This document shows, piece by piece, positions 1 to 11,944 of a stretch of 64,000 nucleotides of DNA. Made by a program: the position numbers and the translations under genes. Positions within the stretch are counted from its first letter, which is position 1; each line of letters opens with the position of its first letter. Location: the NCBI GenBank assembly GCA_963662615.2, contig CAXXSR010000002.1, positions 160,001 through 224,000 of the forward strand, read 5' to 3'. Source of the DNA: Dehalococcoidia bacterium (GTDB lineage: Bacteria; Chloroflexota; Dehalococcoidia; Bin125). The notes under the pieces were generated by a model, which saw only the letters and a list, made by a program, of their open reading frames with translations, ran no database searches and was not told the origin of the DNA.

Positions 1-1177
<1,177 letters not shown>

Positions 1178-1236
1178 TCACCTCATTTTCGCCGGCAGGT
1201 TTGCGCCGTCAGGTTGCCGCCGCCGGGTTTGCGCCG

Positions 1237-1434
1237 TCAGTGGCGCTGCTCCGGTCCGTAGGGTACGCCCTCGCCGCAGATGGGCCCAGCAGATGCGGGC
1301 TGCGGTCCGCTCGGCTGGGCGGCGGGGATCGATTGGGCGGCGGCGAAGTGGAGGGGTTCACCGTTGACGAGGACACTGTCGGCGAGGACACCGTCAACGA
1401 GGACACCGTCGAGGTCGCAGAGAAGGGCGGACAC
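1237..1434 (-). pseudogene. HAD-superfamily hydrolase N-terminal remnant
   Basis: LLCDLDGVLVD resembles HAD motif I, then breaks down into a 15-nt tandem triplication. Starts 3 nt after the atpG stop. Confidence 0.45.
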
Positions 1435-1437
1435 GGC

Positions 1438-2322
1438 CTACCCGACCAGGGCCTCGACGCCGCCGACGATGTCGAGGAGATCCGAGGTGACCTGCTCTTG
1501 GCGCGCCTTGTTGTAGGCCAAGGTGAGATCCTCCACCATCTCGTTGGCGGCGTCGGTGGCGTTGCGCATGGCGACCATGCGGGCGGACTGCTCGCTGGCG
1601 GCGGCCTCCAGGACGGCGTGGTAGATCTGCATCTCCACGTAGCGGGGCAAGAGCGCGGCGAGCACGTCTTGGGGGCTGGGCTCGAAGATGTAGTCCACTT
1701 CGCGCGCGGGGCGGTCGGTCGCCTGGGGCGCCTCCACGGGCAGGATCTGGATGCTGACGGGGCGCTGCTGCACGGTGCTGACGAAGGCGCCATAGACGAC
1801 CAGGACCCGATCAACATCGCCGCGGATGTAGTCGTCCATGGCGAGGCGCGCGATGGGGCGGGTGTCGGCGAGGCTGGGGTAGTCGCCGAGGCGCTGAAAT
1901 TCGCCGCGGAAGGGCACGTTGAAGCGGCGAAAGTAGTCCAACCCTTTGCGACCGACGGGAATCATGGAGACCTCGCCGCTGCGCTCGGGGCCCAGGACGA
2001 TCTCGCCGGCGCGGCGCTGGAGGTTGGAGACGAGGCCGCCGGTGAGGCCGCGATCCGGCGTGATCAAGATGAGGGTGGTCTCCTGAATCTCACGGCGCTC
2101 CAGGAGCGGATGGAGGGGGGCGTCGCTGTCGCCGTCGCGGGTGGCGACGCCGGCTAGGTTGGCGAGGACGGTGCGCATGCGCTCGGCGTAGGGGCGCGCC
2201 GCCTGGGCGCGCTCCTGCGCGCGGCGCATCTTGGAGGCCGACACCAACTGGACGGCATTGGTGATCTTGGCCGTGTTGCGGACGGAGCGGATTCGCCGCC
2301 GGATCTCGCGCGTGTTGGGCAT
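1438..2322 (-). CDS. atpG: F1 ATP synthase gamma subunit
   Basis: REIRRRIRSV..KIT..SASKM, ASEQSARMVAM.NATD, YNKARQ motifs. Confidence 0.98.
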   Translation of the reverse strand: MPNTREIRRRIRSVRNTAKITNAVQLVSASKMRRAQERAQAARPYAERMRTVLANLAGVATRDGDSDAPLHPLLERREIQETTLILITPDRGLTGGLVSNLQRRAGEIVLGPERSGEVSMIPVGRKGLDYFRRFNVPFRGEFQRLGDYPSLADTRPIARLAMDDYIRGDVDRVLVVYGAFVSTVQQRPVSIQILPVEAPQATDRPAREVDYIFEPSPQDVLAALLPRYVEMQIYHAVLEAAASEQSARMVAMRNATDAANEMVEDLTLAYNKARQEQVTSDLLDIVGGVEALVG

Positions 2323-2351
2323 GCCGCGACGCCTAGCTCCTCACCCGGGTC

Positions 2352-3881
2352 CTAGAAGGGGACGGTGTCCTTGAAGGTCTTCAGCGCCTCTCGAAGCGAC
2401 TCCGCGGTGGCGTCATCCAGGTCGCCGCTGGTGCGAATCGCTTCGAGGGGCTCGGGACGGCTGCTGCCCAAGAACTCGCGCAGGGCCGCGCTGAAATCCG
2501 AGATCTTGTTGACGGCGACGTCGTCCAGGAAGCCTTCATTGGCGGCGAAGAGCATGACGGCTTGCTCCGCCATGGGGATCGGTGCGTTCTCCGGCTGCAC
2601 CAAGAGGCGGCTGAGCCGCTGGCCACGGTTGAGCTGGCGGCGGGTGGCGGCGTCCAGGTCGCTGGTGCCGAACTGGGCGAAGGCCTGGAGTTCGCGATAC
2701 TGGGCCATGTCCAAGCGCAACTGGCCGGCGACCCGGCGCATGGCGGGGCGCTGGGCGGCGCCGCCGACGCGACTGACGGAGATGCCCGAGTTGATCGCCG
2801 GCCGCTGGCCGGCGTTGAAGAGGTCGGTCTCCAGGAAGATCTGGCCGTCGGTGATGGAGATGACGTTGGTGGGGATGTAGGCGGAGACGTCACCCGCTTG
2901 CGTCTCGATGATGGGCAGCGCGGTGATGGATCCGCCGCCGTGGTCATCGTTGAGCTTGGCGGCGCGCTCCAGGAGGCGGGAGTGGAGGTAGAAGACGTCG
3001 CCGGGGTAGGCTTCGCGCCCCGGCGGGCGGCGCAGCAGCAGGGAGATCTGGCGATAGGCCCAGGCGTGCTTGCTGAGGTCGTCGTAGACGATGAGGACGT
3101 CTTTGCCCTGCTCCATGAAGTATTCGGCCATGGCGACGCCGGCGTAGGGCGCCAGGTACTGCTGGGCGGCGGACTCGGCCGAGGAGGCGTTGACGACGAT
3201 GGTGTGGTCCATGGCGCCGTGTTCCTCGAGCGTGGCGACGACCATGGCGATCTTCGCCTGCTTCTGGCCAATGGCCACGTAGACGCAGAGGAGGTCCTGC
3301 CCTTTCTGGTTGATCATGGTGTCCACGGCGAGAGCCGTCTTGCCGGTCTGGCGGTCGCCGATGATGAGTTCACGCTGGCCGCGGCCGATGGGGATCTGCG
3401 CATCGATGGCGAGGACGCCGGTCTGCACGGGCGTGTTGACCGGCGCGCGCGCGACGACGTTGGGGGCGATGCGCTCCAGCGGCCGCCGCTCCGCGATGTT
3501 GATCGCCCCTTTGCCGTCAATGGACTCGCCGAGGGCGCTGACAACCCGGCCGATCAGAGCGTCGCCGACCGGGACCTCGGCCACGCGCCCGGTGGAGCGG
3601 ACCTCGTCGCCCTCTTCGATGGGGCGGAAGTCGCCGATGATGACGGAGCCGACGATCTCCTCTTCCAGGTTGAGGACCATGCCCATGACGGGGCGGCCGG
3701 CGGCGTCGGTGCGGGAGAACTCCAGGAGCTCGCCGGCCAGAGCGCCGCCGAGCCCGTAGATGCGGGCGATGCCGTCTCCCGCTTGGACCACGGTGCCAGT
3801 CTCGGCCGCGACCACGGCGGTGTCGAAGCCTTCGATCTGGCGGCGGATGATGGAGGCGATCTCTTCCGGTCGAACGGCCAT
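2352..3881 (-). CDS. atpA: F1 ATP synthase alpha subunit
   Basis: GDRQTGKT Walker A and [23 protein letters not shown]. Confidence 0.99.
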   Translation of the reverse strand: MAVRPEEIASIIRRQIEGFDTAVVAAETGTVVQAGDGIARIYGLGGALAGELLEFSRTDAAGRPVMGMVLNLEEEIVGSVIIGDFRPIEEGDEVRSTGRVAEVPVGDALIGRVVSALGESIDGKGAINIAERRPLERIAPNVVARAPVNTPVQTGVLAIDAQIPIGRGQRELIIGDRQTGKTALAVDTMINQKGQDLLCVYVAIGQKQAKIAMVVATLEEHGAMDHTIVVNASSAESAAQQYLAPYAGVAMAEYFMEQGKDVLIVYDDLSKHAWAYRQISLLLRRPPGREAYPGDVFYLHSRLLERAAKLNDDHGGGSITALPIIETQAGDVSAYIPTNVISITDGQIFLETDLFNAGQRPAINSGISVSRVGGAAQRPAMRRVAGQLRLDMAQYRELQAFAQFGTSDLDAATRRQLNRGQRLSRLLVQPENAPIPMAEQAVMLFAANEGFLDDVAVNKISDFSAALREFLGSSRPEPLEAIRTSGDLDDATAESLREALKTFKDTVPF

Positions 3882-3895
3882 GGCGCGTTCCCCTT

Positions 3896-4432
3896 CTAGC
3901 TGGCGATGCTGCGCTTGAGCGTTGCCAAGCGCGTCCGCACGCTGCCGTCCACGACCCGATCGCCAATCTGCACAAGGGCGCCGCCCAGGATCTCCTGGTT
4001 GACGGCCTCCTCCAGACGGACCTCGCCGGCGCCGGTAGAGCGGCGGATGGCGTCGACGATGGTGGCGCGGCCCTGGTCGGTCAGCGGCGTGGCGGTCGTG
4101 ACGCGTGCCACGGCAACGCCGCGGGCGACGTTGCAGAGCTCGTCGAAGGCGAGGGCGATCTCGCCGGCGATGCGAGTGCGGCCCTTGCGGACGAGCAGCT
4201 TGGCGAGGCTGACGGCCTTGGCGTCGGCGTTGGGCAGCGCCTGTTCCAGCACCTCGAATTTGCGGCCCGCCTCCACCTTGCTGCTCTGGAGAAACTGCGC
4301 CACGGTGGGCTCCGCCATCAGCGCTGCGAGCGAGGCCAGGTCGTCCTGCCAGCGCTCCAGGGCGTCCTCGTCGCGCGCGATGGCGAAGACGGCCTGGGCG
4401 TAGCGCTTGGCGGCGACATCACGGACCGGCAC
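3896..4432 (-). CDS. atpH: ATP synthase delta subunit
   Basis: AKRYAQA N-terminus and ILGG...[10 protein letters not shown]-terminus; operon position. Confidence 0.96.
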   Translation of the reverse strand: MPVRDVAAKRYAQAVFAIARDEDALERWQDDLASLAALMAEPTVAQFLQSSKVEAGRKFEVLEQALPNADAKAVSLAKLLVRKGRTRIAGEIALAFDELCNVARGVAVARVTTATPLTDQGRATIVDAIRRSTGAGEVRLEEAVNQEILGGALVQIGDRVVDGSVRTRLATLKRSIAS

Positions 4433-4483
4433 GAGGCTGCCTCTTTTCTGCCATTAGGCGCGGCGGTTTTAGGCGCACTGGCT

Positions 4484-4990
4484 TTAGGCGCGCCGGCCGT
4501 CGCCGAAGGAGGACTCGGCGAGGACCTCGTCTAGGAGGCGCTCGTGGTCGGCGCGATCGAGCGAGCGGCCGATGACCCGTTCGGCGGCGTTGATGGTGAG
4601 GTCGGCAAACTCCGCGCGCAACAGCAGCAGGGCAACGTCTCGCTCCTGTTGGATCTCCTGACGTGCGCGCTCCAGCAGGCGCTCGGCGTCCTGCTGGGCG
4701 GCCTCGCGGCTGTCGCGCTGGACACGCTCGGCGATCTGCTGCGCCTGCGCCACGAGGGCCTGGCCCTCTTCGCGGCCGCGCTGGAGGGCGGCCTCCGCTT
4801 CGGCGGCGGCGGTGGTGGCCGCGGCCTGCGCGCGTTCGGAGGCTTTGAGGCCCTCTTCAATGCGGCGGCGGCGTTCGTCCAGGACGCGTCGGAGTGGTTT
4901 GTGCAGGAAGATCCAGAGGATTGCCAGCAAGACGCCGAAGTTCACGAACTGCGTGATCAAGCCGGGGAGGTTGATGCCAAGGCCTTCCAT
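4484..4990 (-). CDS. atpF: Fo subunit b
   Basis: N-terminal TM (QFVNFGVLL...KP) followed by coiled coil; operon position. Confidence 0.96.
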   Translation of the reverse strand: MEGLGINLPGLITQFVNFGVLLAILWIFLHKPLRRVLDERRRRIEEGLKASERAQAAATTAAAEAEAALQRGREEGQALVAQAQQIAERVQRDSREAAQQDAERLLERARQEIQQERDVALLLLRAEFADLTINAAERVIGRSLDRADHERLLDEVLAESSFGDGRRA

Positions 4991-5087
4991 CGCATCACTC
5001 CTTTCACCCCTGCCGCCGTCTCTGTTACCGCCTAGGCCCGCTGCGGCGGAGGCGGGGCCGGGGGGTCGCTCGCAAGCGGCCGCGTCG

Positions 5088-5411
<324 letters not shown>

Positions 5412-5422
5412 TCAGTAGGCCG

Positions 5423-6970
5423 CTAGGCGCCGCCCTCTAACTCTTCTTCATGCGGTTCCTCGTGCTCACCGTGGGAGACGGCCGTTACCGCGAACACGAG
5501 CGTGAGCATGGCAAAGACGAATGCCTGGATGAAGCCAACGAAGACTTCGAAGCCGTAGAAGACCGTCGCCACGAGGAAGGGCACCAGAAAGGCGGACATG
5601 AACAATACGATCTCTCCCGCAAGGATGTTGCCGAAGAGACGAAAGGTAAAGGAGACCACGCGGGCGAGTTCCGAGATGATCTCCAGGAAGCCCACGAAGG
5701 CGCCAATGGGCCCCTTGACCACGGCGGCTGACCCGACGCCCACGAAGCGACCGAAATTGGTGCGCAACCCCAGGCTTTGCACGCCCCAGAGCTGGACAAA
5801 GATGACCGCCCAGAGGGCCACGGCGAGCGTGAGGTTCAAGTCCGTGGCGATGGCACGGAAGAAGGGGAAGATCGCGCCGATGCCTTCCCCGGCGTCCAGC
5901 CCCTTCTGCTGGCGCTTGAGCACGATGCCAAGATGCGCGGTGTTGACGGTGATGGGCGCCTCAAGCTCGCCCGCATCGATGTTGGCGGGACGGTTCTCAA
6001 GGCCGGCGGATGCTGAACTGTCATAGAGACGGGCTCTCGCCGATGCAGCGTCCGCGTTGGTCGGCAGGATCACCCGCTCCACGAACGGGTCGTAGTCGAA
6101 GCCTTCGGCGCGGAGGGGGATGATGTTGACGCCGCCGCTGTTGATGACGGCGCCTTCCAACTCCGTCTCGCCTACCTCACTCGACGGCAGCGGCAGGTTG
6201 AGCGCAATCAGTTCTTCGATTTCGGCCTCGGCGATGCCGGCACGGCGGAGCCGTTCCTCAATGGCCCCTGGCAGGGCGCCGGCGGGCGTGTCCTGCGCGA
6301 TCGGGTTGGCGGCGAACTGCGCCCGAACGGCGGCGATGATTGGTTCCTCGCTGTCACCACGCAGCGCCTCCTCAATGAGCTTGTTGGCCTCTTTCTGGTC
6401 GTGCGCCGCAACGGGGATGTGGCCAAGAAAGGCCGCGCCGAAGGCGTCGTTGACGTCGGCGATGTAGGTAGTGCTAATCGACCCTTGTGGGAGGTCGTGG
6501 AGGAAATCTTCGGCGTCCTCCTCCAACTCTTCGAGATACTCGGCGCGGACGTCTTCGATCTTGCCAATGGCGTTGTTCCAGGGGAACAGGCCGAACCAGT
6601 TGCCAAAGAGGAGAAAGATGAAGATCGTGGCGACGACGGGGAAGAAGCGGCGTCCGTTCTTCTCGCCGGCGATCAGCGTGACGACGTCGGAGAACGCCTC
6701 CAGCAACGCTTCAATGACGTTCTGGAAGCCGCGGGGGACGAGGGCCTCCTCTACGTGGCGGAGCCGCCGATAGAGGATGAAGGTCAGGATGGCCATGAGG
6801 ACGATGACGACCCAGGCGGAGAGGATGGTGTTGGTGATGCTGTAGCCGCCGAGGTCAACGATCTCTTCCGCGGCGATGGAGATGACGGGAGTGGGCGCTT
6901 TGATCAGAAGGAAGCCGATGACGATGAAGGCGAGGGTGGCCGCGATGATGCCGTTGCGCCGACTGAACAC
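5423..6970 (-). CDS. atpB: Fo subunit a with large loop insertion
   Basis: ITNT, PRGFQN..E, SFTFRLFGNILAGE (catalytic Arg) and IQAFVF motifs; 515 aa. Confidence 0.95.
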   Translation of the reverse strand: MFSRRNGIIAATLAFIVIGFLLIKAPTPVISIAAEEIVDLGGYSITNTILSAWVVIVLMAILTFILYRRLRHVEEALVPRGFQNVIEALLEAFSDVVTLIAGEKNGRRFFPVVATIFIFLLFGNWFGLFPWNNAIGKIEDVRAEYLEELEEDAEDFLHDLPQGSISTTYIADVNDAFGAAFLGHIPVAAHDQKEANKLIEEALRGDSEEPIIAAVRAQFAANPIAQDTPAGALPGAIEERLRRAGIAEAEIEELIALNLPLPSSEVGETELEGAVINSGGVNIIPLRAEGFDYDPFVERVILPTNADAASARARLYDSSASAGLENRPANIDAGELEAPITVNTAHLGIVLKRQQKGLDAGEGIGAIFPFFRAIATDLNLTLAVALWAVIFVQLWGVQSLGLRTNFGRFVGVGSAAVVKGPIGAFVGFLEIISELARVVSFTFRLFGNILAGEIVLFMSAFLVPFLVATVFYGFEVFVGFIQAFVFAMLTLVFAVTAVSHGEHEEPHEEELEGGA

Positions 6971-7000
6971 GAGTTCAATCCCCCGCTTGGTCCCGCCCCG

Positions 7001-7225
7001 CTATTGCGGCCGGCGCGGCGGTCGCAGGACGCCCATCAGCATCCGATAGCCGCCGTAGCCCGCGGTTGCCAGCCCCAAACCGATGCCAAGCAGCGTGAAG
7101 AGCGGTTTGGTGTCCGCCTGCCCATCAAGCCACAGCCCCCCGACCACGCCCGCGATGATACAGATCGCGAAGTACCAGCCAATGCCAATCAAGCCGAGAG
7201 CCGGTTGCAGGTTGCGCATGGCCAC
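7001..7225 (-). CDS. atpI: AtpZ/AtpI family membrane protein
   Basis: G.WLD...T.P.FTL.G..LG motif; first gene of the atp operon. Confidence 0.85.
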   Translation of the reverse strand: MAMRNLQPALGLIGIGWYFAICIIAGVVGGLWLDGQADTKPLFTLLGIGLGLATAGYGGYRMLMGVLRPPRRPQ

Positions 7226-7416
7226 CGTTCCCGGGGGCCCCGTCAGACTTCGGGAAGGCTATCACAAGGCCTTGGCTGGGGCGAGATTGGCGGCAGTCGC
7301 GCCAGCGTGCGCGGCGACGCCACACGGCCACTGCTGACGGGCACCCCGATCGGCTCGCTGCGCCCGCGGGGAAGGGCCCGCGGGGAAGGGAAGGCGAGAG
7401 GGTGGGGCGAAGCGGC

Positions 7417-7950
7417 CTAGCGCTCGTCGAAGTCGTCGAGATCGAGGGTATCGATGAAGTCGCGGAAGGCGGACATCCGCTTCAACTCTTCCTCGTTGAC
7501 CGGCGCCGGCCGCTGCGATTGGCTTGGCTCGCCGGCGCTCTCGCCCGACTCGGTCAACTCCACGCCGGCCTGATCCAGCACGGCCTCCTCCACGAAAATG
7601 GGAGCGTCGCTGCGGACGGCAACGGCGATGGCGTCGCTGGGGCGCGAATCGATCTCGAGCGTGCGGCCGTCGACTTCGAGATGGATGCGGGCGTAGAAGG
7701 TGTCGTTGGCGAGGTCGTTGACGACGATGCGCACGACGCGGGAGCCGAACTCCTTGCAGAGGTTGGTCACCAGATCGTGGGTCATGGGCCGGGCGACCGA
7801 GACTCCCTGGAGACGGACGGCAATGGCGTCGGCCTCGGCCGCGCCGATCCAGATGGGGAGGTAGCGGCCGGAAGCCTTCTCCTTGAGCACCACAACCCGG
7901 TTGTAGTTCATCAAGGAAACGCGAATGCTCTCAATGGTCATCTCTTGCAT
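7417..7950 (-). CDS. Bifunctional nuclease family protein (DUF151)
   Basis: LPIWIG..EA, RPMTHDL and IDSRPSDAIA motifs. Confidence 0.93.
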   Translation of the reverse strand: MQEMTIESIRVSLMNYNRVVVLKEKASGRYLPIWIGAAEADAIAVRLQGVSVARPMTHDLVTNLCKEFGSRVVRIVVNDLANDTFYARIHLEVDGRTLEIDSRPSDAIAVAVRSDAPIFVEEAVLDQAGVELTESGESAGEPSQSQRPAPVNEEELKRMSAFRDFIDTLDLDDFDER

Positions 7951-7996
7951 GCGGCTCCCCGATCACGACCTGCCGGCCCTCCCGGCAAGCGGCGCT

Positions 7997-8017
7997 CCCC
8001 CCCCCCCCCCCCCCCCC
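7997..8017. repeat. Homopolymer tract C21 (G21 on the minus strand)
   Basis: 21 consecutive C counted directly. Confidence 0.9.
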
Positions 8018-8143
8018 GCCGACCCCGCCGAGCGGGGTGCACGGTCGCCCGCAGTCAGCATACGGCTTCGCGGCGGGCGGCGTCTCTGTGGGCGTCCGAG
8101 CGGGGTCCCGGGTCCCGACCGCGCGCGATGGCGGGAGGGGCGG

Positions 8144-9571
8144 TCAGCCATCGATCTCGAGCGAGAGGCTGCGGGGATCGGCGCGCGCTACGCTGCGACG
8201 GATGAGGACGCTGATACAAGCCATCAGCAGGATCAGCCCGGCGGTGGCAAAGAGCGCCGCCTGCACGTTGGCGGCGTCGGCGATGGCCCCGATGATCAGC
8301 AGCACCACCATGGAGGCGGCGTTGGCGAGCATCAGCTGCGCGGCGAAGATGCGCCCGCGAACCTCCGCGGGGGCGCGCTGGTGCAGCACCGTCTGAGCGG
8401 GCGCGTTGATCATGGCGTAGAAGATGCCCAAGGGGAAAGCGAACAAGAGCGTCACGAAGACGAGCAAGGAGACGCCGCCGACCTGATCCGGGCCCAGGGC
8501 GCCGAAGGGCTGTTCATCTTGCAGGAAGTCGACGAGGAACTCGATGCCGCTGAAGGCGACGATAGCGGCGGTGAGGCCGAAGAGGGCCACCGTAACGATG
8601 CCCGTTGGCGTATAGCGACGGCCCAGCGGCGGCAGAAAGCGGAGCGCCACGAGCGCGCCCACGCCGGTGGGCCAAAAGATGAAGACCGAGTTGTCCGCAG
8701 CCAGATCCAGCACGTCCTTGACGAAGCGCGGGACCAGGAGGGCGAACATGAACAGAAGGATGGCGCCGGTGGACAGCTGCAGCGTGGCCAGCGTGGTGAT
8801 GCGATCGGAGCGGATGACGTCCCAGGCGGCACGGAGTTCGCCCGGAACCGCTCCGAGCCGGTCGCGCCACGTTTCGCCGCTGTGATCGCGGGCGGGCCGC
8901 AGAGAGGGAAGGCGCGCGGTGATGGGCACGGTCGCCATGATCAGCGCTGCCGCGACGATGTAGGACGCGGTGAAGCCGAACGCCTTCAGCATGAGGGGCG
9001 CCAGCACGACCATGCCGATGAGCTGGGCAGCGGTAATGGTGACCTGAAAGACGGAGTTGGCCGCGAGCAGCTGGCCGCGCGGGATGAAGGCGGGGACGGC
9101 CGCATTGGCCGCCGGCAGATTGAACTGGCCCATGGTGGAGGTGAGAAAGGCGATGGCGAAGATGGAGGCCAGCGAGACGTCAGCCACGACGAGCAGGCCG
9201 GTCAGGACCGCGCGGACGGCGTTGGTCAGCATGAGGACCGAGCGCTTGTCCATGCGGTCCACGACGACGCCGGAGATGGGGCCGAAGATCACGGGGGGCG
9301 CGGCAAGGAAGATGATGAGGCCGGATCCGGCGATGCTGCTGCCGGTCTTGTCGACGATGAGGATGAGCAACACGAACTGCAACGCGGTGTTCACGGTCAG
9401 CGTGATGCCCTGCGACGCCCAGAGCGCCAGGAAGTCCGCGTTGGCGAAGAGGGATCGCTCGGCCTGCGGCAGCGGGGGGGCGATGCGGGCGCGCGGGCGC
9501 CAGGGGCGCCAGCGGAGCAGAGCGCGTCGCCGCGGAGCAGACGGCGGGCCCTCCAGCTCCGGTCGGCTCAT
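8144..9571 (-). CDS. MFS transporter (DHA3/macrolide-efflux-like)
   Basis: About 12 TM segments and motif A GVVVDRMDKR. ATG at 9571 overlaps the upstream stop (ATGA). Confidence 0.9.
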   Translation of the reverse strand: MSRPELEGPPSAPRRRALLRWRPWRPRARIAPPLPQAERSLFANADFLALWASQGITLTVNTALQFVLLILIVDKTGSSIAGSGLIIFLAAPPVIFGPISGVVVDRMDKRSVLMLTNAVRAVLTGLLVVADVSLASIFAIAFLTSTMGQFNLPAANAAVPAFIPRGQLLAANSVFQVTITAAQLIGMVVLAPLMLKAFGFTASYIVAAALIMATVPITARLPSLRPARDHSGETWRDRLGAVPGELRAAWDVIRSDRITTLATLQLSTGAILLFMFALLVPRFVKDVLDLAADNSVFIFWPTGVGALVALRFLPPLGRRYTPTGIVTVALFGLTAAIVAFSGIEFLVDFLQDEQPFGALGPDQVGGVSLLVFVTLLFAFPLGIFYAMINAPAQTVLHQRAPAEVRGRIFAAQLMLANAASMVVLLIIGAIADAANVQAALFATAGLILLMACISVLIRRSVARADPRSLSLEIDG

Positions 9572-10030
9572 TCGCCATGCCTCCGGACCAGGCGTTCCTG
9601 CCGCGCGGTGAACCGGCCCTGACGGCCCCACCGCGCCCAGCCCCAAGCGGCAAGCGGGAGGATGGGAGCGAGGCCCAGGACGACCGGCACATCGATCACC
9701 GGGGGCAGGGTGCCAGCGGCCAGCAAGGGAGCGCGCTCGTTGAGGGCGGCATTGGCGGCCACGTCGGCGAGCGAGAAGGCGAATCCCATAGGGAAGACGA
9801 TCAGCATGACGACCTGCGCCTTGGCGCCGACCTCAAGCGGGCCCATGTCCACGTTGGTGAGCGCGAGCGTTGGGCGCACAGTTGCATTGAGGAGGTCGAT
9901 CAGGGCCAGCGCAATCAAGCCGGCGATCAGGGGCAGGGTCGAGGCGAGCGAGGAGGGCAGGACCGCCGCCGCGGGGGTGGGGCCGGCGCGGTTGCGCGGC
10001 ATCGTCGATGCGGGCGTCGATGACGGGCAT
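9568..10030 (-). pseudogene. Internally deleted MFS transporter remnant
   Basis: VVMLIVFPMGFAFSLADVAANAALNERAP parallels VTLLFAFPLGIFYAMINAPAQTVLHQRAP of the neighbouring MFS. Only about 150 codons, split across frames. Confidence 0.55.
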
Positions 10031-10845
10031 CAGGCGCCCTCCGCCAAAATCGCGGCACGGGCGTCTTCAATGGCGTCGCGCAAGCGTTGCGCCTCGGCGC
10101 GGGCGGCGTCGGCGAAGTGGGGGCCGTCGGAGGCGAAGATGACGGAGCGCGAGGCGCTGACCAGGAGGCCGGCGCCTTCCTGGTCCAAGCCCGCGCGCAC
10201 GGATTCCGTGAGCCGGCCACCTTGGGCGCCGATGCCGGGCAGGAGGATGGGAAGATGGGGGCAGCGCTCGCGCACCGCTGCCAGCTGCGCCGGAGAGGTG
10301 GCGCCGACGACCAGGCCGGCGTTCCCGTGCGGGGCGGCCCATTGCTGCACCAGGCTGGCGACGCGGAGGTAGAGGGGCTCCCCCTCCACGATGAGGTCCT
10401 GAAGGTCTTGCGCACCGGGATTGGAGGTGCGACAGAGCACGAAGGCGGCGCGATCGGGGCGCTCCAAGAAGGGGCGCACGCCGTCGCCGCCGACGTAAGG
10501 GTTGATTGTGACGGCGTCGGCGCCGAGGAGATCGAAGCAGGCAGCGGCGTAGGCGTGGGCCGTATGCGCGACGTCGCCGCGTTTGGCGTCCAAGATGACA
10601 GGGATATCCTGGGGAACGGCGTCGATGGTGGCCTTGAGGGCGCGCCAGCCGTCGCTGCCTTGCGCCTCAAAGAAGGCGATCTGCGGCTTGAAGGCGCAGA
10701 CGAGGTCGGCGGTGGCGTCGATGATCGCGCGCGTGAAGGTGAGCACGTCCGCGACGGGGAGGCGATCGGCCTGTGGATCCAAGCCCACGCAGAGGAGCGA
10801 TCGGTTTCGGGCGACGGCGGCCCGCAGTTTGTCTTGGAATGACAT
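10030..10845 (-). CDS. pyrF: Orotidine-5'-phosphate decarboxylase
   Basis: LCVGLDP, FKPQ.AFFE, DAKRGD, RTSNPG and PGIGAQGG motifs. Confidence 0.97.
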   Translation of the reverse strand: MSFQDKLRAAVARNRSLLCVGLDPQADRLPVADVLTFTRAIIDATADLVCAFKPQIAFFEAQGSDGWRALKATIDAVPQDIPVILDAKRGDVAHTAHAYAAACFDLLGADAVTINPYVGGDGVRPFLERPDRAAFVLCRTSNPGAQDLQDLIVEGEPLYLRVASLVQQWAAPHGNAGLVVGATSPAQLAAVRERCPHLPILLPGIGAQGGRLTESVRAGLDQEGAGLLVSASRSVIFASDGPHFADAARAEAQRLRDAIEDARAAILAEGA

Positions 10846-10996
10846 GGACCCATCCTACCCCGGGGGTGGTTGCGCCGACTTCGCCGTACGGGCCCGGAAG
10901 CGGGCGCTGCCTTGTCCAGAACGGCGGCCGCGAGGGGGATGCGGGCGGAGGGCCTGGGGGGCTGCTTTCTCGTGCGACCGTGGAGGGTGAGGCGCT

Positions 10997-11794
10997 GTGA
11001 CTGAGGCCCCCGACCGCGCGCTGCAGGCGTTCTTCACGCCGCCCGAGCCCGCCGCCGTGGCGGGACGGACGTTGATCGTGGTGGACACGCTGCGGGCGAC
11101 GACGGCGATCACGACGCTGATCGCGGGGGGCGCCCTGGCCGTGTATCCGTGTTCATCGCATGAGGCGGCCAGACGCCTCGCCGCCGCCCTCCCCGGCAGC
11201 CGCCTCTGCGGCGAGACGAACGGGCTGCCGCCGCCCGGCTTCGATTTCGGCAACTCGCCGGTCGAGTTCGCGGCGTTGGACACGGAGGGCTGGACGGTAG
11301 TGCTATCGACCACGAACGGCACGCGGGCGCTGGCGCTAGCGGCGCAGGCGAGCGGAACGCTGGTGGGCTGCCTGCGCAATCGGGCGGCGGTGGCTGTGGC
11401 GGCGCAGGCGGTGTTCGGCGAGCCAGTGGCGGCGCAGGCGGTGTCCGGCGAACCGGCGATCGTGTGCGCCGGCGAGGAGGGCGGGACGGTCGCGTCCGTT
11501 GAGGACGCTTTCACGGCCGGGGCGGTGATCGAGCGGCTAATCGCGCTCGACCGGCGGCAGGAGCCGGAACCGGTCTGGCGGCTCAGCTCGGGAGCGCGCC
11601 TGATGCGACGCGCCTTTCTCGCCTACGAGGGGAGCGCGGAGGCGGCGTTCGCGGACTCTCCGCATGCCGGTGAGCTGCGCGCACTGGGCTTCGCCGCCGA
11701 CCTCACGTATGCAGCGGAGCTGGACGTGGAGACGTGCGTGCCGCGAGCGAGCATTGACGAGGCGGGGCGGGTCGTCGTGCGAGGCGGGAGCTAG
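10997..11794 (+). CDS. comB: 2-phosphosulfolactate phosphatase family protein
   Basis: VDTLRATT, GE..G..P.GFDFGNSP, STTNGT and ED..AG motifs. Confidence 0.9.
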   Translation: MTEAPDRALQAFFTPPEPAAVAGRTLIVVDTLRATTAITTLIAGGALAVYPCSSHEAARRLAAALPGSRLCGETNGLPPPGFDFGNSPVEFAALDTEGWTVVLSTTNGTRALALAAQASGTLVGCLRNRAAVAVAAQAVFGEPVAAQAVSGEPAIVCAGEEGGTVASVEDAFTAGAVIERLIALDRRQEPEPVWRLSSGARLMRRAFLAYEGSAEAAFADSPHAGELRALGFAADLTYAAELDVETCVPRASIDEAGRVVVRGGS

Positions 11795-11944
11795 CGAGTC
11801 GCGGCCGGGGCCGGTCGGGCCCCGAGCGTGAGAGCGAGGGGTTGCCGCCGCTCCCATAGCGTGGGAGGCTCCGCCGGAGGAGCGGAGCGCGGCGCGGCGG
11901 CGTGGGAAGGCCGTCACAGGCTCCACTGGCTCGAAGGGAGCGCA

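Noticed and set aside
5875-6565. Intein in atpB
   Set aside because: No N-terminal Cys/Ser block, no HN-C/S/T junction and no LAGLIDADG motifs.
10997-11794. Coenzyme M biosynthesis
   Set aside because: ComB-family phosphatases are widespread outside that pathway; no comA/C/D/E nearby.
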